From contig OX597814.1 of assembly GCA_951406725.2 (NCBI GenBank), positions 93,806,001-93,870,000 of the forward strand: a stretch of 64,000 bases of DNA, written 5' to 3'. Shown here one piece after another: positions 1 to 14,033 of this stretch. This DNA is from Octopus vulgaris (taxonomy: Eukaryota). Within the stretch, counting starts at the first letter, position 1. The number at the start of each line of letters is the position of its first letter. The notes below the pieces were generated by a model, which searched no databases, was not told the origin of the DNA, and was given only the letters and a program-made list of their open reading frames with translations. The translations under genes and the position numbers were made by a program.

Positions 1-413
1 CTAGAACTCTGCTGCACATGCGCACTAAGTTTTAAACAGCTAATGGTAGATCCATTTTAATACTTGATAATCCTTCAGTCCAAATCCTGACTACGCCCAC
101 ATAATAACGAATACTTCTTTGGCTGTTCATATATATTATATACTTATATATATATATATATGTATATGTATATAATATACATACATACATACATACATGT
201 ATATTATATTCATATATAAGTACTAACCTATTGCTGGTGTCTACTTTCTCGATATTTCTATGGGGTAATTGTCTGCTTGTCAAGCGTATCTCTCTAGTGG
301 TAGCTATGCAGTGACCTGAAATAATTAGCTTTCACTGTGTTTGTAAGCATGTAACAAGCATCTTTTTATACATGCTTCCAAGCGACAGGTAACATCTAAC
401 ACACACACACATG

Positions 414-445
<32 letters not shown>

Positions 446-659
446 TACTCACATACACATGCACACACACACGCACACATACTCACTTAAACATATATAA
501 TTCACCGTCAGTGACTAAAATTCATCACACTTCAGTGACTGTGGTGAATTATTTTTTTTTTGGTTTCGAATTGCATTTAGCCAACTGTGTGTGTGTGTGT
601 GTGCGTGCGCGTGTGCGTGTGTGTGGATTGACAATCAGGATAAAGAAGATACATGTGAT

Positions 660-1330
660 CTACTATACCTGGTCTACTCCTTAGCAAATTCCTGGTGTCA
701 TGCAGAGGCTTCCATACAGGCTTGCCATTTCCACTTTCAATTCGAAGTACTCGGTGATTATTTCAACCTCTTTACTCCCAACATTCATGTTATTTGGTAT
801 GGCTAAATCAATGATCTGACAGTATTTGTCTCTCAATATGACAATATCCGGCCGACGGTGTGCAATTGCACGATCCGTCTGTAAATCATAGTCCCAGAGT
901 GTCGTTACTTTTCCATCCTCCCGCATAACTTTACTTTGTACATGCTCATACTAGTTCTCTGTTACTTCATATTGGCATTCAGGTCAATGAAGATACACAA
1001 CAGTTTCTCGTGGCGGCTCTTGTATTCTTTTTGCGCAAGGCTCTCGCATCCACTTACCAAGTGCTTCACCTATTCTACACTCTTCACACAGGGTCTGGAT
1101 TTCTAGGTGTCAGAAGCTTTATAGATGTTACACTTCCCTGAATTTGTAGCGAGAGCCTAGTCTTGTGCAAGAATGATCAGGCTTTCGGTGGTACGCTTGA
1201 AATCACATCGCTCAAGCCATGCCCACAATGCTGTATTATCCTTAACATCCTGTGTATTCCTTACAAACTGTCCTTGCATTCTCATTTCAAGGTCTTCTTT
1301 TGTCTGCTCCTCAGCTCTTTGGTTTTAATA
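660..1330 (-). mobile_element. Decayed 3' part of an R4/Dong-clade (RLE) non-LTR retrotransposon
   Basis: ORF 681-926 reads WDYDLQTDRAIAHRRPDIVI...IIDLAIP (PD-..D restriction-like endonuclease); upstream broken frames give AQD.ALATN and HLVSGCESLAQKEY..RH zinc-finger remnants. Confidence 0.8.
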
Positions 1331-1506
<176 letters not shown>

Positions 1507-3333
1507 CAGTAGTTTTATTTTTATTTTTATAGCGTGCTTTCACTTCACTACCGAGCGCAGCTCTGTGTGCCTTGGGTATGTGCTGTGATTTGTTGTGATG
1601 CTCTGATGGTTATTGTATGGAAAGTGTTCTGCGTAGGATGTGTGCAGTGCCTAGTAGTGCAATTTTCTGTATGTTATATGTGTTTGTAAGTCCTGGTGTT
1701 TTTGTTATGTATTTGTCTGAATATTTTTTATCATGCCTAATGCACCTACTATGATAGGAATTGTTTCTGTTTTTAGATTCCACATTCTGGTTACCTCCAA
1801 TTCCAGGTCTTTGTATTTTGAAAGTTTCTCCATTTCTTTTAGAGACACGTTGTCATCTGCCGGTATTGATACATCAGTTAGAAAGCATTTTTTTTCTTCA
1901 TGATCTCTGACAACTATATCTGGTCTGTTGGCCTTAATTTCTCTATCTGTGTGTATCGGCATATCCCAGAGTATGGTTGCTTTCTCATTTTCTGTGACCT
2001 TTTCTGGTATGTGCCTATACCATCTTTTTTCTGTTGTTATTTCATAATGTTGGCATAGCTTCTAGTGTATGTAGGTTCCAACTCTGTCATGTCTGTGAAT
2101 ATATTCCTTCTTAGCCAGGACTGGGCAGCCAGAGATAATATGATTTATTGTTTCTTGTCCATCTCCACATATTCTGCAGTTACTTGTTATATTTCTTTTC
2201 ATTACATGTTTTTGGTAATTTCTGGTGGGGAGGCTTTGGTCTTGTGCTGCAATTAAATATCCCTCTGTCTCTGCTTTGAGTCCTGAGCTTCTCAACCATT
2301 GCTGGGATTTTTCTTTGTCTATTTCTTTTGCATTTAGTTTAGTCCAGTATTTACCGTGGAGGGGTTTTTCTTGCCATCGTTTTATCATGGTTCTTTGCTG
2401 TTCTAGTTTTAGTTTGGATTTCATTTGTTTTATAGCTTTTGTTGTTTCTTCATCTTCTTCTTCTTTTTCTTTATATTTGTTAGGTGGTATGATTTCTTGT
2501 TTATATTTGTCAGCTTCCTTGAATACTGAGAACAGTTTTTTGTTTTGCTCGTGTTTTGCCGCTATTTGTATCAGTTTTCCTTCCTTCTGAAGTAGATATT
2601 TTTGCAATCCTATGGTGGTTATTTTATAGCAGTTTTCCAGCTGTATAATGCCTCTACCACCTTCTATACGTTGTATATATAGTCTTTCTATGTCAGATTT
2701 TGGGTGATGCATCCTAGACCCTGTCATTATTTTTCTTGTTTTCCTATCTATTTTGGTCAGTTCATTTAGTGTCCAGTTAAGGATATTGTAGCTGTAACTT
2801 ATAACTGGGACAGCTAAAGTGTTAATACCTATTATCTTGTTTTTAGCATTGAGCTCTGTTTTTAGTATTGATCTAACTCGTCTATAATATTCTTTTTTAT
2901 TTTCTCTTTCATTTGTGTGTGTTGTGTCTTATCTAGTTCATGGATTCCTAAGTATTTGTAAGTTTGGCTTTGGTCTAATTCTTTTATTTCATTGGTTTTA
3001 TCTAGTGTGATGTTGCTACTCTTAACTAGTTTTCCTCTTTTCATGGTTACTTTGGCGCATTTTTCTAATCCAAATTTCATATCTATTTCTTTGGTAAATC
3101 CATGAACTGTCTTTAATAGTGTTTCCAGCTGTTTGTCATTTGCAGTGTATAGCTTTAGGTCATCCATATATAAAAGGTGGCTGATCGTTTTGCCGTAACA
3201 TTTATATCCGCATCCAGTTCTATTTAGCATATCAGATAGAGGTGACAGTGCCAAGCAGAAAAGGAGTGGAGAGAGCGTGTCTCCCTGGAATATTCCTCTT
3301 CTAATGGGGATGGCTTTGGTTTTCATGAGTCCC
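1507..3333 (-). mobile_element. 5'-truncated R4/Dong-like LINE (RT C-half, CCHC finger, RLE, 3'UTR) inserted in (TAA)n
   Basis: GIFQGDTLSPLLF and HLLYMDDLKLY (RT, ORF 2862-3326); CRICG..ETINHIISGC (ORF 2062-2727); RPDIVV..CFLTDVSIP (ORF 1705-1962); (TAA)n on both flanks; frames broken by few lesions. Confidence 0.93.
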
Positions 3334-3383
<50 letters not shown>

Positions 3384-3547
3384 GTTATTATTATTATTAT
3401 TATGAGGAGGAGGAGGAGGTGAAGAAGAGGAAGAAGAAGGAGAAGAAGAAGAAGAAGAAGAAGAAGAAGAAGAAGAAGAAGAAGGAGGAGGAGGAAAAGG
3501 AGAAGAAGAAGAAGAAGGAGGAGGAGGAGAAGAAGAAGAAGAAGAAG

Positions 3548-3578
<31 letters not shown>

Positions 3579-3595
3579 TGAAGAAGAAGAAGATA
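3334..3595. repeat. (TTA)n then (GAG/GAA)n microsatellite
   Basis: Direct reading. Confidence 0.95.
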
Positions 3596-4488
3596 AATGA
3601 GAATGAAAGCATCTATAGCTCTTTTCTGCATTTCGTATTGCTACAATATGGGAACCATTTGTGCTGAGGGAAATAGAAATACAAACAAAATGGGAACAAG
3701 CAGTTGAACTCGTTTAATAACTAAAGTCAACTTTTACCAAAAATGATAACAAAAATGGTAATATTAATTTGATAATGCTAATGATAATTATGGTGTTATT
3801 AGTAATGATAATTTTAGTGATAATAGTCATTATTTCAATGGCAATTTGCAATGATAGAACTCAACTTCTTTTCACATCGATTCGGCAATTCTGGTTTCTT
3901 AATTACAAAACAGAGTTTTATAATGATACTTTTTAGGTTCACGAATATATTTAAATACTTGAGCCTGGGGATTTGAATATTATTAGAGTATTATGAATAT
4001 TATTTTATAATAACATCTATATTCATGCCTTTTAAAAATAAATTTCTTTTAAGTTAGTGGTTTAAAAAAAATATTAACTTTAGAGTACTGCAATTATGAA
4101 ATAATGGTTTTTATTACTAAGTACAATGACCATCTCTGACGCCATAAATTGTTTATGAAAGATATTCCAAGTAGACAGATTTTCTTTGATTATGTTTAGG
4201 TTGGTGTCTATATGTTCGAGGAATTTAAATGAAGAATGCTTGGTAAAGAAAGCAGTCATGGTTTCACAGATCATGTATGACATTAATGCATACGTTTGAT
4301 GTTATATAATATGATTCGGACAAATATTTAATTGAAAGTATTTTCAGACGATACGATGACATATACCGAGAGGATTGCAAGGGATGTAACACAGATTTCT
4401 GTTGATTATTATTATTATTATTATTATTAATTCTTTGTTAGTAAATCTTTGGTTCCATACGATGTCCTTGTTTTCGATGTTTGTGGAT

Positions 4489-4984
<496 letters not shown>

Positions 4985-5491
4985 CAACAGAAATGTGTGT
5001 TACTCATATAAGCCCAAACTGCAAAATTCACACTGCAGACATGTTTTTTGCACAAAACCACAAAACACCCTACAAGCCCATCTACACACGTTAACACACA
5101 TAGATATATACTATCACTCTGTTACTTCTGCTAAATATTAATGAAAATATACATATACTCATATTATTAGTTCTACTTTTCCTCTTTGAATCAACATATC
5201 TGCAACTGTTTAATTATATATGTCGTTGCATGTGGGTATGTGAAAACGTACTTGTGCACCTGTGAGATTGATTGTGTTTGTGCGTTTGTTCCTACACAAA
5301 TATCACAAATATATTGTCATTACAAAGGTTTTGTCACTTTATGTTTTGTCCAATACAGTTCAGTCATTACTGGCAAAAGATCAATTGTAGCCATTTATAA
5401 ATCATTGGCGAATGAAATTTGTCTCACATATATTCATACACGAAGAACTTTAGCGCAGTATTTTTGCAGGTCATATTGAAATATGTATATC

Positions 5492-5545
<54 letters not shown>

Positions 5546-5602
5546 AATATATATATACATACATACATAAAATCAAAATAAGCAACAGATTATCAAGTAG
5601 TG

Positions 5603-5690
5603 ATGCAGTACGATCGTTTCAAACGACTTCATTTAATTTAACAATACAATCTTTACATCAATTTAAATTCAGTGCCATCGTCAGCTGCAC
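5603..5690 (-). ncRNA. Type I hammerhead ribozyme-like motif with long helix II (Penelope pLTR type)
   Basis: Minus strand: GTGCAG-CTGACGA-[long AT-rich hairpin]-GAAA-CGATCG-TA-CTGCAT; palindromic stem III, GUA cleavage triplet; base of helix II imperfect. Confidence 0.6.
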
Positions 5691-8056
5691 AAATAAATAA
5701 ATGGAATTTTATCAAGTAGGACACAATATAATTTTTCTCAAATATTTTAAAACAGTAAGAAGGAGGAAGAAGTTCATTTTGGCGCTATTGTACCTAAGAA
5801 TAGACTACACGTCTAAGAATCATATGCAGCATAGTGAGGTCATAGGGTTGTAAGTGATTGCAATTCATTTCTAATTCATTTATCTCTTCAATTACTAAAT
5901 CCAAGACTAGAAGACTGTGTCTATTTTGAATAAAGGACAAGAGTGAGTTGATAGCTCATGGTTCGGTATGGTTATAAATATTATCATATGTATCTCTTTT
6001 CTCCAGGGAGGAAATAAGACATTAGGAGTAGTCAGTTGGATATAAGTAACAGTCTATAAAACGAGGCAGGGTAGGTGTAGACCATAAATCATGATGTTAC
6101 TTACCAATTAAAGGGATAAGACGCTAAGAAACCTAAGATGTTAATAGAGAGAAAATTTGATTTAGGTGCACTATGGGTGATTGTTTATAAGCCATAATGT
6201 TATGTTGCGTAAAAACAGGAATTTCAAAAATGATATAGCCAAAATAGGTAAAAGGGGTGTATGTATTAGTTATAAACATTAAAAAGAAAGATTACATAGA
6301 ATAAGCTATTCATTCATGTACAGAATTAATTACTTATTAGGTGGTTTCTATAAAGACTCCCCTGTGAAATCCCTTATGGAATTACTGGAAAGATATATAA
6401 GCTATCTATCAATTTTAAGCCATGAATCAGAAAAATAACGATGCATACAGATACACATTCATTTACGTATGTGCATATATGCATATATACACTTACACAA
6501 ATATTTAGACGTTTATATAGATAAAGTATAAATATCCTGCATAGACTTAAGTAACTGAAAAATATCTGTTTAAGAACAAAAAAATAACAATTTATAAGGG
6601 ATAAGAGGTTAATAAGTAAAGGTATCAAAATAAGAAAACTAATAAGAATTTTTAGCAACTAACAAGAAATAAATATAACCTACACATAAAGAGACAGGGG
6701 ATTAAAATTAGAGGTAGGGAAGATATTAAGGCAACTCGAAAAGCGGGAGTAATAGATATGTAAGTAGTGAGGACAGTTAAAGGTATTCAGACCAAAGAGA
6801 CATTATAAGTAGAAATGTTTCAGGTGTTAGTGTCTGTATGATTTTATAGTTTCTAGTGGGTTTCTGATTTAGTCAAAAGGAGACTTGCTTACATTAAGTC
6901 ACTACAAATATGCATATGGTCAGTATTGTTGAACATTACACAAAGAAAACTAGTGCAATCACCAAAATAGGATGAAGTCAGACTAACTAGGCAGGGTTTA
7001 TCATGAGATAGTATTATATATAGTACACCACACACCATAACACATAGCTTATAACATGTAATTCAATATAATTCACCATATAACATAATATCCCATGATT
7101 TTATTATACTTAATGCTAGAGGGTAAATTTAGAACGGATACGACACCAAAATTAATTTCCGCCATCAAATTTCAAGTATGGAAACTATAATCGTTAGTTT
7201 TGAAAATGCTTAAATGTACGGGTGACACTATGCATACATAATGCACTTAGGTCTAATCTATTATTAATCTGGTTGTTCTTCTCCCTATACTTAAAAATCT
7301 CATAAGGTTTCATAGAGTTTATAGTGGGAGACACTTGTACAAGATACTTATCCACGCCTGTATGTGTGTGTATGTGTTTGTTTATGTAGGCTTATACATA
7401 CACACATATGCATGTTTGTTTACATTTCTTGGAAAGATCGGTGGAATTAGCATTAACTAGGTAACCAGTGGTTTTCTTTAGAAAAAAATTTCCGCAGTAC
7501 CTCAAACAATCCACTTGAGAATGCTGGTAGTTGTCGGGGGCACATGAAAAATTGTAGAGATGTTGTCTATATGAAACAATTGGTTGCTTTGCAAGTTCAT
7601 AAATAAAGAATATTTAGATACCAAACGCAGTGTTGAACACTCATTGTCCCCGTTTGATACTCTTGTGTATACATGCGTTGTATGCGCGCACATGTGTGCG
7701 TATGTGTGCGTGTGTATATGTGTGTGCGTGTGTCTGTATATATACATACATTAATGCATATATTTTTGTATATACGCAGTTATGTATATATGTGACAGTG
7801 CGTATGTGTAATTCATTTTCAGCTCTATCCTGTTTTATCTTTTGTTTGTTTTGTTTATTTTCTATTACTTTATCATCCCTGTATCTCTGTATCTTTCTCT
7901 CTTCGTCCTTTACTCCCTCTTTCTTTTATATACTGTACTAATTACCGTGTACATTATTGCAATTTTTATTTCTTGTTACAGACACACACATGCACACACG
8001 AAAACTATATATACATTTATATGTTAGTGTATGTATGTGTGTGCATACATATTCAT

Positions 8057-8103
<47 letters not shown>

Positions 8104-8244
8104 CATATATTATATACATTTATATATATATATATATGTACATATATATATAATACACACACACATATATATATGAACACAATACATACATATGTGTATC
8201 TGCATGTGTGAGTGTTTACGTAAGTGTGTGTGTTTGTGTGTGAA

Positions 8245-8282
<38 letters not shown>

Positions 8283-8576
8283 TAAAGTACAAATAATTTT
8301 ACAATTATATATGTCCTTGCTGACGCAAATTTATAATAATTCTTTTCGTGCAATTCATGCGATACATTCTGTTTCAAAACATAAAACTGCGTATTTTATA
8401 GTTGTTGGTGTTATTGTTTTCATCCACTTCAGCTCCAATCGATCAGAAGTCCTATATTCTTCGACTGTATGATCATATCTTAAAATACGTATCTATACTT
8501 ACATTACAACATTATACAAATTATGCTTGTTTTCAGACCAACAAATTGTTTTTAGTATTAAAACTACAAGCGACAT

Positions 8577-8698
8577 CGACTTTGCCTTTCATCTTTTTCA
8601 GCTCTATAAAATGAGTACCATTAAGCGCCGGGTTGAATGTAACAACTTTGTCCCTCCCTAGAAATCGCTGCTCTTTGCCAAAACTAGAAGCCATTATT
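8577..8698 (+). mobile_element. Degenerate 3' part of Meta-core SINE
   Basis: cgactttgcctttcatc...aaaatgagtacc matches the core of the SINE at 11791-12188. Confidence 0.6.
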
Positions 8699-8982
8699 AA
8701 GAATAAGGCCAGGCTTTACCTACCAGACTAGATTGGAGAAGTTCCGAACCTGACATTTTCAATGACCACATTCGGGTTTTAGGAAATACGTATACAGGGA
8801 TAAACTATTCTGTCCCGCTGGCCTCAAGATAGAAAGAGGAAAATGAACGAGAATTATCTGCTCCTTCTTACAAACAGGACATGTTATTTGATGGACATTT
8901 TTCTAATTAACTGAAAGCCAAGCGGCCGTATATATGCATAGGTTTATGCATCAAAAGCTATATATATATATATATATATAGT

Positions 8983-9228
8983 GGAGGCGCGTGGATTAGT
9001 GGTTAGGGTATTGAACTCATGATCGTAAGGTTGTGGTTTCGATTCCTGGACCGGGCGATGCGTTGTGTTCTTGGGCAAAACACTTCATTTCACGTAGCTC
9101 CAATCCACTCAGTTGGCACAAATGAGTAATCCTGCGACGGACCGGTGTCCCGTCCAGGTGGGGAATTTCTACGCCACTGAAACCGGGAAACCGGCCCTTA
9201 TGAACCTGGTATGGCTTGAGAAGGAACA
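8983..9228 (+). mobile_element. tRNA-derived SINE with Nin/Deu-like central domain
   Basis: A-box (gtggattagtgg) and B-box (gtttcgattcc) head; body cctgcgacggac..tcccgtccagg..gaaaccggg resembles Nin/Deu domain (family assignment from memory). Confidence 0.7.
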
Positions 9229-9405
9229 TTCGTCTGCCGTTACGTTCTGAGTTCAAGTTCCGCCGAGGTCGACTTTGCCTTTCATCCTTTCGGGGTCGAT
9301 AAATTAAGTACCAGTTACGCACTGGGGTCGATGTAATCGACTTAATACGTTTGTCTGTCCTTGTTTGTCCTCTGTGTGTTTAGTCCTTTGTGGGTAGTAA
9401 AGAAT
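9228..9405 (+). mobile_element. 5'-truncated Meta-core SINE (octopus OK-like) abutting the previous SINE
   Basis: gtcgactttgcctttcatcctttcggggtcgataaattaagtacc core shared with several other copies in the window. Confidence 0.85.
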
Positions 9406-9487
9406 ATATATATATATATATATTGCTATACTCAGGGATGGTCATATATATATAAATATAGTGGAATTAAACCCTGAACCATGTAAT

Positions 9488-9520
<33 letters not shown>

Positions 9521-10986
9521 CATATATATTCACGAGAGGAAAGCCGGTAAGTCATGATGTACCAATATTATGCCCTTACTCCACAAAATTCAAGGGTTTT
9601 TATACCTGTAAACTGCGTCAAAACTGCTTAACGTTCTCAGAGCTAATCCAATAAGTATTTTTAAAAGACATAAAACTTGCATTATAATACAAAAATCGGG
9701 TCCCCCAAACTAGGTTTAGAACGATTAAACTATTATAATGTGTTGAAGAAAATCTGAATTAAAGTAAAGCAATTTGATACGTATATGTTAAAATCTTGCT
9801 CATTTTCTTTCAGTGTTCTGTATTTGTAGTAAGGTTTTAGCTGTTTGACATTTATTTTTATTTTGTTTGCTTTTACATGTGCTAAAATATAATTATGAAT
9901 AATGCCCTCAATATATATAGTCTTTTCTGTTATATTCACCTGCTATATTCATCAGAAAGACATTCAAATACTGTTTCGGCCACCGAGAACTAATGCCCAA
10001 TGAGTTGTTTACTTAAAATTTGAATTTATAGTAATATGAGAGACGAGTATTTCGAATACAACAAAAGGCCTGCTGTTATATTCTTCCACAAATCTGATTC
10101 ACTCTACCTAATGTCCTCTACCAACTGGGTGTGAACACTTTGACAGCAAAAACGCACTTAAATTCGTCGCATATGCAGCGATCAAACAACACAAAAATAA
10201 TAACAATAATACTAATAACAATACAATTCCGAAACATTTCTACCCAATCACCACGACTCTCACGTAAAAAATAAAGCAAAAAAACTGATAGCCGATTTGA
10301 GCTTGCCGACAGACAAAAAGACTTTCGAGGGGACAATTGACTCAGTCGGCGTAGTCTTCACGCTGTCAACGGCGACCTCCCGTCTCTGATGCATGAAACC
10401 GACAACAGCTTACCCCCGCCACCCACCGTCGGTACGTTACAAACACTCATTTTCTCGTACTCGAATTCTCCGTTGGGTTCTGTTATATTATTACACATAT
10501 CTTCTCCAAGATGAGAAGTTTACTGATTTATTTCATTATTGTATTTTTCAAATAATACATTTATTGTCATCATTTAAAATCTCATTTGTTTCTTCTTGTT
10601 GTCCTTGCAGCCAAACGCTTACCTATTTCTGCCTTTATCATCATCATCATTATCACCCACATTATACAAGTCATTAGCCATCTGGTATTATTGCAATTGT
10701 AATATGAAATACGAGGCTACCGAATACAACAAAAGGTCTGCCATTAAAAACATAGAATTATTCAGATGTAAAATTTTAAATTTTATTCCTAGGAAATCGT
10801 TGGCGTCGACGTGAAGTAACACACTCCATTTTCAGCTATTCATATTTCCCTTTGTCTTTTCTGGAATAAAAGCATTCGTTCGACATGAGCGAGTTTTTGT
10901 TACAAACTTATGCCAGGCAGTTGTCATTTAGTTTGATTTATTTTTATTCAGATGTTTAACCATCAAAAGTGAAAATAGTAGCTTCC

Positions 10987-11390
10987 TCTTACTCTTTACT
11001 TATTTCAGTCATGTGACTGCGGCCATACCGGAGCACCGCCTTTAGTCGAGAAGATCGACCCCCAGGACTTATTCTTTGTAAGCCAAGTACTTATTCTATC
11101 GGTCTCTTTTGCCGAACCGCTAAGTTATGGGGACATAAACACACCAGCATCGGTTGTCAAGCGATGTTTGGGGGATAAACACAGACACAGGCATACACAC
11201 ACACATATATATACATATACATATATACGACGGGCTTCTTTCAGTTTCCGTCTACCAAATCCACTCACAAAACTTTGGTCGGCCCGAGGCTATAGTGGAA
11301 GACACTTGCCCAAAGTGCCACACTGTGGGACTGAACCTGGAACCATGTGGTTGGTAAGCAAGCTACTTACCATACAGAAACTCCTGCGCT
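10987..11390 (-). mobile_element. Full-length tRNA/CORE-like SINE (octopus OR-like) with internal (TA)n(TG)n
   Basis: Homologous to copies at 33178-33573 and 63554-64000. Confidence 0.9.
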
Positions 11391-11790
11391 TACTCATTGT
11401 ATTTTTTTTTAGTCGGTTAAGGAAGCGTTTGAACGTGTATGATGTATTTGTAGCAGATTGACTAGAACAATCATTTTTTGTAAAATAATGGTATTTTCTT
11501 CATTGACACGTTCATACTCTTTTTCTTTTTGTGACGTTTTGGAAGGCGTGTTTTGCTGAGAGGCTTCTGCTGAAAGTCGGCTTAACAAAAGAAACCCTTC
11601 AAAATGTCACTTTTTTTCGCAGAGAAACATTACAAGAAACGTAGCAATCATATTTTGAGTTAATTAAAATAAATTAAGCAGTAAAAGTCATCTAAAGTTT
11701 GAAAAATATGCACAATGCTAATCTATGACGGGAATGTGAAAAAAATGCAATTTTCTAAGGCAATGAACGACAATGACAACAAGAGTTAAA

Positions 11791-12188
11791 GGCGGCGAGC
11801 TCGTAGAAATGTTAGCACGCCGGGAAAAATACTTAGTGGTATTTCGTCTGCCGTTACGTTCTGAGTTCAAATTCCGCCAAGGTCGACTTTGCCTTTCATC
11901 CTTTCGGTCTCGATTAAAGAAGTACCAGTTACGCACTGGAGTCGATATAATCGACTTAATCCGTTTGTCTGTCCTCGTTTGTCCTCTCTATTTTTAGCCC
12001 CTTGTGGGTAGTAAAGAAATAGGTATTTCATCTGTTGTTACGTTCTGAGTTTAAATTCCACCGACGTTGACTTTGCATTTCATCCTTTGAGGGTCGATAA
12101 ATTAAGTACTAGTTGCGCGCTGGGGTTGATCTAAACGACTTGCCCCTCCCCAAAAATGTCCGGCCTTGTACCTAAAGTAGAAAAGAAT
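11791..12188 (+). mobile_element. Dimeric Meta-core SINE (OK-like)
   Basis: ggcggcgagctc.. head, two tandem copies of gtatttcgtctg..gcctttcatcc..aagtac core with different tails. Confidence 0.88.
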
Positions 12189-12789
12189 GGCAACAATAGT
12201 TGTAAAAGCATCAACAACAACAAGATTGATGATGACGACTGTTTATAAAACACAAAAGGCTCGTACGTACATGCAATAAACATTACAAAGGTGGGGATTT
12301 ACAATACAAGTAGTTCGACAGACTTTTGTAAAAAATAGTGAACGGGTGAAGACATTATAGAATGGTTGGGTTAAAAATTTTGTAAACGACATGGAACAAT
12401 CATAAAATTATTTGAAGCTACACTGATATGAAACAATATATAATGATAATCCTAAAATAATGGAAAACATTTTTGATGCCCCTTGCACACATATATCAGG
12501 GAGAACTTACTAGTCTGGCTCACATCATATCTCTATCCCTCTGCTCCCACTACTCGAGCTGAAATTGGTAAAATCAAGGTTCTCATTAAAATATTATCTT
12601 TGTTTTAGTTTTGCTTTTTTAGTCGCGTAGATTATTCCAATTTACTGTATTCGGCTTCTTTGTGTAAATTAACGAGTGCTGTCAAACTCTTTATTAACAT
12701 TCTGTCAACTGACTGCATATAGATGTCGTCTAATTTTCACTCTTCGTTACAACATGTTATTCACTCTTCATCACTTACCTCATCAACTA

Positions 12790-13120
12790 TGGAACAGAGC
12801 ATGGTGCAGAATTTGTGGAAAATACGAAGAAATCGTTATGCGTATTGCCACTGGGCGCATGGAATTGGCGAAAGCCAAGTACATTCACAGACACATCAAA
12901 GTAGTGGCGTTTCTGTACTAGAAATTATGTACTAATTATAAGATGAAAATGACTGCGAAATGGTACTATCATCAGTAAAGCATAGTCACTGAAAATAACT
13001 CTACTATTCTCTGAGATGTAATCATCTTTTTTAACAGAGAGATTTGAAAAATAACGTGTGACACCGTTATCAATGAATAAGAATAAGTAGTGCATACTTC
13101 TCAAGAGCGGTAGAAGTGTC
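12790..13120 (+). mobile_element. Old R4/Dong LINE fragment (zinc finger region)
   Basis: ORF 12676-12921 ends CRICGKYEEIVMRIATGRMELAKAKYIHRH, homologous to CRICG..ETINHIISGCPVLAKKEYIHRH of the 1507-3333 element. Confidence 0.75.
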
Positions 13121-13164
13121 TTCAAAATGAATCATCCAGGATGTGAGGCATCAGAGTAAATATA

Positions 13165-14033
13165 TTGTGTTGAGAAATAATTCATGAGCGTTTTTCAAAC
13201 GTTGTCGTCTTGCAGAAGAACGCCATTTCACCTATTCGGTCTTTTTTGCTGAATTACTTTGTTGAGCCGGTGTAGTTGTTGAATGTAGAGCTCTGCATTG
13301 AGTGTTTGGTTGCGCTCAAGCAGTTCGTAATTTATTATACCTCCTTCCCAGACCCACCATACACACAACATACTCTTTAGTGGGTGAAGGTCTTGTTTTG
13401 CTCTTGGAGTTGTTTGTGACTATGTGTTGAGCGATATCGGGCGAGCAAACTGTTGGTGATTGTGGAGCGTTGATTTTAGTTATTTTCGCTCAAAGTGTGT
13501 GGTATCCAAGCGCCAAGTTTCTGAACCTTACCGACTGAGTGAAGATGGTTCATCACAGTCTTTTTATCTCAATCCATCTACACTTCTAATTCTCCGATCG
13601 TTTTACGCGCATTTTCGTGAAGTTGATTCAATCGCACTTCATCGAACTCAGTTGGTTAACTGGTGTATGATAATTCTTTGAGGTGAAAACTCCTATTTTT
13701 GAAGTGCGAAAAACAAAGGCAGGCGGCATATTGAAGCACAGCTCCTTCTCCATAGACAGCTCAAATCACACGAGCAGCTTCTGTGGCCTTAACACCTCGA
13801 TTAAATGCAAAAAGCAAATGGTATCGAAAATACTCGGTTTTGTTCACTTGACATTCCAATTTAATGATCTGAAAATAGACAAAAATCAACGAAATTAAAA
13901 AATCAAAACACACTATTTTGTAGAGCAATAAATTCTCTTTTTAAAAAACTATAGAACATTTTGCAACGTGCTTTATTTCTGCGTGCATTTTGGAATTTGA
14001 AAGAAAACACCCATGAATTATTCCTCAACCCAA
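13165..14033 (-). mobile_element. Internally deleted mariner DNA transposon with both TIRs and TA TSD
   Basis: TIRs ttgtgttgagaaataattcatgagcg / cacccatgaattattcctcaacccaa flanked by TA; minus-strand remnants KLGAWIPH (WVPHEL motif) and LHPLKSMLCVWW. Confidence 0.88.

Noticed and set aside
5700-7100. Possible Penelope RT remnants upstream of the 5603 hammerhead
   Set aside because: Motifs too decayed to support a call by eye
8983-9055. tRNA gene
   Set aside because: A/B boxes present but it continues into a SINE body without a proper acceptor stem
10385-10405. CTGATGCATGAAACC hammerhead-like string
   Set aside because: Core mismatch and no helix II
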